Source: Akkermansiaceae bacterium
GTDB lineage: Bacteria; Verrucomicrobiota; Verrucomicrobiia; Verrucomicrobiales; Akkermansiaceae
Direction: 5' to 3'
Assembly (NCBI GenBank): GCA_051251915.1
Contig: JBPOGF010000001.1
Coordinates: 224,001-288,000 of the forward strand
DNA length: 64,000 nucleotides
Part shown: positions 57,668 through 64,000 of the stretch, one piece after another
Numbering within the stretch: the first letter of the stretch is position 1
Layout: each line of letters opens with the position of its first letter
The notes under the pieces: generated by a model
The model's input: only the letters and a program-made list of their open reading frames with translations
The model's database searches: none
Told to the model about the DNA's origin: nothing
Program-made: the position numbers and the translations under genes

Positions 57668-58573
57668 ATGAAAACTATAACTAACAATCGTAGCTCTTTA
57701 ACGAGCTATCTTATTATTATATCAGGCTCCTTTTTGTTTTGTTCAAAAGGGATTCTGGTGAAGGAGTTATTTTCTCACGGCTTTAATGCTGAGGAAGTGC
57801 TCGCTCTCAGAATGCTAACAGCAATGCCTTTCTATGCTATTGCTGGTGTAATACTGTTCAAATCCTGGAGTAAGATCTCACGCCGTGACATTGGGTGGAT
57901 ATTCATGTTTTCCTTTATTGGCTTTTTCTTGTGCTCCTTGATTAATTTTATGGGATTGCAGCATGTGAGCGTGGGGCTTGAGCGGGTAATTCTGTTCTCT
58001 TATCCGAGCTTAGTATTGTTAGGCGGAGCATTGTTGCATAAGCAGAAGCATGGCAAGTTACAGTATGTAGCTTGTGCCTTGACTTGGGCGGGATTGATTC
58101 TTGTTGTTGCTGATGAGGTTTCCTTTTCTGGGGATAAGCATGCTATTCTCTATGGATCTTTACTGATCTTTCTTAGTGCTTTGATATACGCTTGGTATCT
58201 ATTGTTCGCGAAGCCTGTAATCAAGCGGGTAGGGGCGAAGAATTCCACTACGCTTGGGATGAATATTTCCTGTCTGATTGTGTTAGGCTATTATTGTTCT
58301 CAGAATGGGACGGAAATGTCAGGTGAGTGGACTCCTAAGACGATCAGCTATGTGGTAATGATCGGTGTGTTAGGGACGGTAGCTCCAACTTATTTGTTGA
58401 GTATCGGTCTGTCGCGGGTTTCCAGCTCGTCTTATGCGATAGTTTCTTCGATAGGGCCTATCGTAACGATTATTGTCGCTTCGCTCATCTCTCAACATAT
58501 GCCTAGCATTACCCAAGGGTTTGGGATGAGTCTTGCACTCGGTTCCAGTATTTTCACCAATCTCAAAAGTTAA
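57668..58573 (+). CDS. EamA/DMT-family transporter
   Basis: LFCSKGILVK, LALRM, GLERVILFSYPSLV, GPIVTI; about 10 TM. Confidence 0.92.
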   Translation: MKTITNNRSSLTSYLIIISGSFLFCSKGILVKELFSHGFNAEEVLALRMLTAMPFYAIAGVILFKSWSKISRRDIGWIFMFSFIGFFLCSLINFMGLQHVSVGLERVILFSYPSLVLLGGALLHKQKHGKLQYVACALTWAGLILVVADEVSFSGDKHAILYGSLLIFLSALIYAWYLLFAKPVIKRVGAKNSTTLGMNISCLIVLGYYCSQNGTEMSGEWTPKTISYVVMIGVLGTVAPTYLLSIGLSRVSSSSYAIVSSIGPIVTIIVASLISQHMPSITQGFGMSLALGSSIFTNLKS

Positions 58574-58643
58574 GTTAATATTTAAACCAATACAATAGGG
58601 GAGTCGTTCTTAGACTTAGGAGGAAGGCTTCCCGACTAAAAAA

Positions 58644-60407
58644 ATGAATTCAATACCTAAAAAAATAGTGCCTTTCTTGTGGCACTTTATCGTACCTTAC
58701 CGGAAGTGGATGATCGGGGCTGTGGTGTGTGGTATCTTCTGGGCTATCGAAAGCTCAGCCAGCCCATACGTGCTCAAATACATCGTGGATACAATCTCGA
58801 TCTATGACGGTAGCCTTGATAAGCTATGGGAGGTTTTACTGATACCAGTCATTCTCTACGCGTTCTTATGGATTATAAGAGCGCTAAGTATTCGGGTTTC
58901 TGAATGGTGTGCACTTAAAACTTATCCATCAATGACCTTAGATATTACGGTGGCTATGTTCAGCTATCTTAAAGATCATTCTCACCAATATTTCCAAAAT
59001 AACTTTGCAGGGAGCTTACAGAATAAGATCTCAGATATGGCGGCAGGTTCGACTGCTATGATCCGAAAAGTAGAAGAGGCATTAGCTCAATGTATATTAG
59101 TCTCTGTGGCTATCTGTACGATGTCAATCGTTCACCCATTCTTTGGCGGTGTTCTAGCTTTGTGGCTAATACTGTTCGTATCTATCGCTGTAGCATTCAG
59201 TAAGTCGATCCGTAAGAGAGCTGAAGCATTCTCTGAATCTCGATCACGGCATGTAGGTAAAGTAGTGGATAGCATCGGTAATGTGCAGAATACTCGCTTA
59301 TTCACGATGAAGCGTCATGAGGTAGGAGTCATCCGAGAGGCTGTTTCTGAGACTTGTAGTAAGGACAAAGCTATGCAGGCATTCATCTTACGCGTCAGGA
59401 TGATGTGAGATGTCACATTCATCGGGCTTATGGTGGGTATGCTGATTTTATTGATTCATATGTACCAGGCGGGTCGAGTAACCATCGGTGATTTCATTTT
59501 TATAATGAGCTTGTGTCGCGCTGTAGTTTACCCTGTTTGGTGGTTAGCTACGCAAATGATCGAGTTCTCTGGTGATGTGGGGAAATGTCAGCAGGCATTA
59601 TCGATCATCACACCTGAACACGATATTGTAGATATAGAGAATGCTAGTGAGCTTAAGGTGGCGAAGGGTGAAATACGCTTTGATCAAGTGAACTTTGAGT
59701 ATCACAAGAGTAGTCATGTATTCCAAAATGTATCTGTGACGATTCCTGCTGGGCAAAAGGTAGGTTTAGTCGGGTTCTCAGGAGCTGGTAAAAGCACCTT
59801 TGTGAATTTGCTACTTCGTTTCTATGATGTCGATTCTGGTAAAATACAAATCGATGGGGAAAATATCTCAGAGGTAACTCAAGACAGCTTGCGTAGTCAC
59901 CTTTCCATGATTCCTCAGGATACGAGTCTTTTTCACCGTAGTTTGATGGATAACATTAGATACGGGCGAGAAGGAGCGAGTGATGAAGAGGTGATAGAAG
60001 CAGCTAAACAAGCATACTGCGACGAGTTCATTCAGGAGCTGCCTGAGAACTATGAAGCATTGGTCGGAGAACGCGGAGTGAAACTCTCTGGTGGACAGCG
60101 ACAGAGGATAGCAATAGCCAGAGCCATTCTTAAGAACGCTCCTATCTTGATCCTTGATGAAGCGACTTCAGCTTTAGATTCCGTTACAGAGAAATACATT
60201 CAACGAGGACTTGATACTTTAATGGAAGGAAGAACAGCGATCGTTATTGCTCACCGTCTCTCTACTCTTTCCCAGATGGATAGGATCTTAGTTTTTGATA
60301 AAGGGAAAATCATCGAAGATGGGAGCCCTGAGGAACTGATTTCTAACGATGGCCATTACGCAAATATGTGGAATATGCAGGCTGGTGGATTTTTAGCCAG
60401 CGATTGA
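58644..60407 (+). CDS. ABC exporter (TM + ATPase, MsbA-like) interrupted by one in-frame TGA at 59406-59408 (read-through, nonsense allele or sequence error)
   Basis: Track ORFs 58644-59408 and 59430-60407 share a frame: ...ILRVRMM-TGA-DVTFIGLMVGM...; GFSGAGKST, LSGGQRQR, LDEATSALD. Confidence 0.85.
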
Positions 60408-60545
60408 TGCCGTATTCGGATGTATTGTTTTATTTTTAAGCCTCATTGCATCATTGTAATGAGGCTTTTTTTAAAGGTGAAAATACTAGGTGATCAGAGG
60501 TAAGTTTTTTCTGAGGGTAAGGTTTTTGGGGGAAGTTGTTAGATC

Positions 60546-61358
60546 TTAAAAGATACGTTCTTTTGCGGGGTGGACTCTGGCGTAGTGGCGGGAGTTTTGT
60601 TGCTCTAAGGTGATCTCTGTGTTGAAGAGGTCTGAGAGGGATTGGCTTGTTAGGGTGTCTTGTATGGGGCCAGAGGCTAGGGGTTTGCCGTCTTTGATTT
60701 GAAGGGCGTGGGTGAAGGATGGGGTGATCTCTTCTACGTGGTGGGTGATCATGATGACGGTGAGGTCTGGGCGCTGCTGCATGAGGTGATCTAGGAAGGC
60801 TAGGTAGTGCTCGCGGGCGGCGGGGTCTAGGCCGGCGCAGGGCTCGTCTAGGACGAGGAGCTTGGCGTCGTTCATGATGGCGCGGGCGATGAGGATGCGT
60901 TGCTTTTCTCCTTGGGAGAGGAATTGCCATTCGCGGTCGCGAATGTCCCAGGTGTGGGTCTCGTGGAGGACGGCGATGGTTTGTCTGACGGCGGCTTTGT
61001 CTGAGTGCTCGGTGCCTTGCCAGAAGTTTAGGGAGCCGTCTTTTCCGGTGAGGACTACGTCGGCGGCGAGTTGATCTTCATCGATGAGGGATGAGATGTG
61101 TGAGGAGACGATGCCGATGTGGAGGCGGCGGTCTGGCCAGCCGTTGGTATCGTCCACGTAGCCTTCTAGGACTGAGATTTTTCCGGAGGTGGGCTGGAGG
61201 TAGCCGGTGATCATGTGGATGAGGGAGCTTTTTCCGCAGCCGTTGGCGCCCATGACGATCCAGTTTTCACCGGGGTTTACGGTCCAGTTGAGGTCATCTA
61301 GGATGGTGTGATCTCGTTGATGGGTGATGTTGGTTACTTTGATGATTGGTGAAGGCAT
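60546..61358 (-). CDS. ABC ATP-binding protein (YlmA/ModF-like), orphan
   Basis: GANGCGKS, LSQGEKQR, LDEPCAGLD, ITHHVEEI. Confidence 0.9.
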   Translation of the reverse strand: MPSPIIKVTNITHQRDHTILDDLNWTVNPGENWIVMGANGCGKSSLIHMITGYLQPTSGKISVLEGYVDDTNGWPDRRLHIGIVSSHISSLIDEDQLAADVVLTGKDGSLNFWQGTEHSDKAAVRQTIAVLHETHTWDIRDREWQFLSQGEKQRILIARAIMNDAKLLVLDEPCAGLDPAAREHYLAFLDHLMQQRPDLTVIMITHHVEEITPSFTHALQIKDGKPLASGPIQDTLTSQSLSDLFNTEITLEQQNSRHYARVHPAKERIF

Positions 61359-61481
61359 AGGAAAATGGGTAATGGAGAAAGGTTAAAGGGCTTGGTGCTT
61401 AGTTGGCTTGTGTTACTGGAGTTTTTATATCGTGTAATGGATTAAAGGCACGAAAAATTGGTGGGGATTTTTTGGGGAATG

Positions 61482-61517
61482 CAAACGGGTGACTTCTTTG
61501 TGGAAGTCACCCGTTTG
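61482..61517 (-). terminator. Perfect 15-bp hairpin after the TlpA gene
   Basis: caaacgggtgacttc-tttgtg-gaagtcacccgtttg. Confidence 0.8.
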
Positions 61518-61540
61518 GAGGTAAGATTTTGTTGGGGGTG

Positions 61541-62404
61541 TTATTTTGTGATGTTTTGTTCTAGGGCTTTGTCTAGTGCGTCTCCTCGGAGGTTGGTGGC
61601 GACGATTTTGCCGTCTTTGCCGATGAGGTATGTGGATGGGATGCTGGTGACTCCGAATTTGACTGCGAATTCGTTGACGCCGCCTTTGCCGTCGAAGTGT
61701 TGTGGCCAGGTCATTTCTTTGTTTTTGATGAAGGATTCTAGTTTGGCTTGATCGGCTTGTTTGTCTAGTGAGACGCCGATGATTTCGAATCCTTTGTCGT
61801 GGTATTTAGCGTATGCTTTCTGGAGGTGGGGGAGTTCTGCGATGCAGGGGCCGCACCAGGTGGCCCAGAAGTCGATGAGGACGACTTTGCCTTTCATTGC
61901 GGTGAGATCGACTTCTTCGCCTTGTAGGCTGGTGAATTTCATTTCTACGGTGTCGCCAACTTTAGGTTTGGTGAGTTTGGCTTTGAGGAGTTGGAAGCCG
62001 CTGATCAGTTGTTCTTCTTGGGCGTTGCCGGCGGCTTTCTTGATGGCTTGATCAAGGGCTGCGCTGGCTGCTTCTGGCTTTTTAACTTTTACGAGGAGGC
62101 TGTAGAGGCTGTTGGTGGTGCTGTAGAGGGCCATGGTATTGACGTCGGCTCCTGACCCGAGGGCGTTGAATTTTTCTTGGAAGATGGCGACGCTTTTTTC
62201 GGTTTCTCCTGTGACATTATATGAAATGAGAAGGAGTTGTTGTGCTCTTGCTTTGTCAGATGCGTCTGGATTTTCTTTGAGGTAGGCTTCTACTTCTGCT
62301 GCGGTGGCTTTAGCGTGTTTCTTGGCGATGTCGTCTGCGGGGCCTGCTAGTAGTGAGGAGTATAGGGCTAGGCCGAGAGTTGCTTTTAGTATGATATTTT
62401 TCAT
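61541..62404 (-). CDS. TlpA/ResA-family thiol-disulfide oxidoreductase, secreted
   Basis: Signal peptide; IDFWATWCGPC, GVSLD, IPSTYLI. Confidence 0.92.
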   Translation of the reverse strand: MKNIILKATLGLALYSSLLAGPADDIAKKHAKATAAEVEAYLKENPDASDKARAQQLLLISYNVTGETEKSVAIFQEKFNALGSGADVNTMALYSTTNSLYSLLVKVKKPEAASAALDQAIKKAAGNAQEEQLISGFQLLKAKLTKPKVGDTVEMKFTSLQGEEVDLTAMKGKVVLIDFWATWCGPCIAELPHLQKAYAKYHDKGFEIIGVSLDKQADQAKLESFIKNKEMTWPQHFDGKGGVNEFAVKFGVTSIPSTYLIGKDGKIVATNLRGDALDKALEQNITK

Positions 62405-62579
62405 GATTAGGTGTGTCGTTGTTATTTTTTAAGTGGGGTTATCATGAATGGAGCGTTGTGGGGTGTGGGATTTGTTTATTTGCACTGAAGGTGAAAGTTT
62501 AAAGTAGAAAGGAAAAGGGATTGGTGCTTTGGCGGGAAGGTTTAGCTTTATCCTTTTTGCTGATTACTTTTTCTATCTT

Positions 62580-64000
62580 TTAGTAGCCTAGCCATGGGCC
62601 TAGCCATTTTTCGGCGGTGGGGATGTCCATGTTTTTGCGTTTGGCGTAGTCTTCTAGTTGGTCTTTTTGGATATTGTCGATGGCGAAGTATTTGGATTCT
62701 GGGTGGGAGAAGAGGAGGCCGGAGACGGCGGAGCCGGGGTGCATGGCGCAGGATTCTGTGAGTTCTACTCCGGTTTCTGCGGTGGCGTCTAGGAGGCGGA
62801 AGAGGGTTTCCTTTTCTGTGTGGTCTGGCTGTGATGGGTAGCCGGGGGCGGGGCGGATGCCTTGGTAGATTTCTTTGATGAGTTCGTTGTGGTTGAACTG
62901 GCCTGGTCGCTCGATTCCCCATGCGACGCGGGCGCGGTGGTGGAGGAGTTCTGCGAAGGCTTCTGCGAGGCGGTCAGCGATGGCTTGGACCATGATGGCT
63001 GAGTCTACTTCGTGCTTGGCGCGGAGGTCAGCTGCCCATTCGTCTGCACCTTCGATGCCTACTACGAAGCCGCCGATGTGGTCGGAGGCGTCTTGGTTGG
63101 GTGATAGGTAGTCGCTTAGGGCGTAGTGTGGGTTTTGGTTGTTGTTGGTTTTGGCGTTTTGTTGGCGGAGGGTGTGGAAGGCGGCATCGTGGTCTGGAAC
63201 GATGATATCGTCTCCTGATGTGTAGGCTGGGAAGAAGCCGTAGATTCCGTTGGCGGTGAATTTTTTCTCTGCTATGATTTCTTGGAGGAGTTGTTGGGCT
63301 TCTGAGTAGAGTTGCTGGGCGACTTTGGCGGCTTCTTCGTTTCTGGTTTTGAGGACTTTTGTTTCTCTGTCCCAGACTCCGCGGAGTTCCCAGGCGTGGA
63401 AGAATGGTGTCCAGTCGATGTATTCTGCGAGTTCACGGAGGGATTGGTTTTTGATGGCTCTTGTTCCTGTGAATTCTGGTTGGGGTGGGGTGTAGTTGTC
63501 CCAGTCGATTTTGACTTTGTTTTCGCGAGCTTTTTTGAGGGTGACGGTGGGTTTTGATTTTTTGTTGAAGGTTTCGCGAAGTTTGGTGTGTCGTTCTTCG
63601 TTTTTGGTGACGTAGTCTGCCTTGTGCTCATCTGAGATGAGGGATGTGGTGACGGGGACGGAGCGTGATGCGTCTAGGACGTGGACGATGGGGCCGGAGT
63701 AGTGTGGTGCGATTTTGACTGCGGTGTGGGCTGGGGAGGTGGTGGCTCCGCCGATGAGGACGGGGATGTTTAGTTCGCGGCGTTCTAGTTCTTTGGCGAC
63801 GTTTACCATTTCGTCTAGTGAGGGGGTGATGAGGCCGGAGAGGCCGATGATGTCGCAGCGTTTTTCGAGGGCGGTGTCGATGATTTTGTTGCCAGGGACC
63901 ATGACGCCCATGTCGATGACTTCGAAGCCGTTGCAGGCGAGGACTACGCCGACGATGTTTTTGCCGATGTCGTGGACGTCTCCTTTGACGGTAGCCATGA
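62580..64000 (-). CDS. metH: B12-dependent methionine synthase (C-terminal part; start outside window)
   Basis: ATVKGDVHDIGKNIV, GLSGLITPSL, GGATTS, ADRLAEAFAE, RPAPGYP. Confidence 0.97.
   Translation of the reverse strand, partial: MATVKGDVHDIGKNIVGVVLACNGFEVIDMGVMVPGNKIIDTALEKRCDIIGLSGLITPSLDEMVNVAKELERRELNIPVLIGGATTSPAHTAVKIAPHYSGPIVHVLDASRSVPVTTSLISDEHKADYVTKNEERHTKLRETFNKKSKPTVTLKKARENKVKIDWDNYTPPQPEFTGTRAIKNQSLRELAEYIDWTPFFHAWELRGVWDRETKVLKTRNEEAAKVAQQLYSEAQQLLQEIIAEKKFTANGIYGFFPAYTSGDDIIVPDHDAAFHTLRQQNAKTNNNQNPHYALSDYLSPNQDASDHIGGFVVGIEGADEWAADLRAKHEVDSAIMVQAIADRLAEAFAELLHHRARVAWGIERPGQFNHNELIKEIYQGIRPAPGYPSQPDHTEKETLFRLLDATAETGVELTESCAMHPGSAVSGLLFSHPESKYFAIDNIQKDQLEDYAKRKNMDIPTAEKWLGPWLGY

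Overview
Bacterial chromosomal DNA, most likely Verrucomicrobiota (Verrucomicrobiales, possibly Rubritalea-like). This is an inference from a PEP-CTERM protein ending VPEPSS...LLGRRRRV, an ECF sigma next to a Ser/Thr kinase-FGE-sulfatase gene, an HpnD-like synthase and the general gene set. The window is mostly housekeeping and envelope genes: cstA, pyrF, recF, ahpC, lepB, apaG, ccsA-hemA-hemC-hemD, mdh, ribF, selD, acpP, accA, mutS and partial metH, plus one RND and one MacAB-TolC-type efflux operon. No rRNA, tRNA, transposase, integrase or CRISPR-Cas was seen. Features the ORF track misses: (1) selD is a selenoprotein gene with an in-frame UGA at codon 16 and a SECIS-like hairpin; (2) a 23-aa leader peptide with alternative 1:2/2:3/3:4 attenuator pairings precedes an EamA + ABC exporter pair, and the ABC gene has its own in-frame UGA; (3) a modular linker-plus-variable-module repeat array at about 2075-2593, whose linker recurs beside a heptamer tract (and loosely beside an octamer tract) elsewhere; (4) eroded remnants of a TauE/SafE gene and a PEP-CTERM gene; (5) a tandem gene duplication that includes the upstream region and terminator; (6) extreme G+T strand skew. 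All calls are from motif recognition by eye; no database searches were run.
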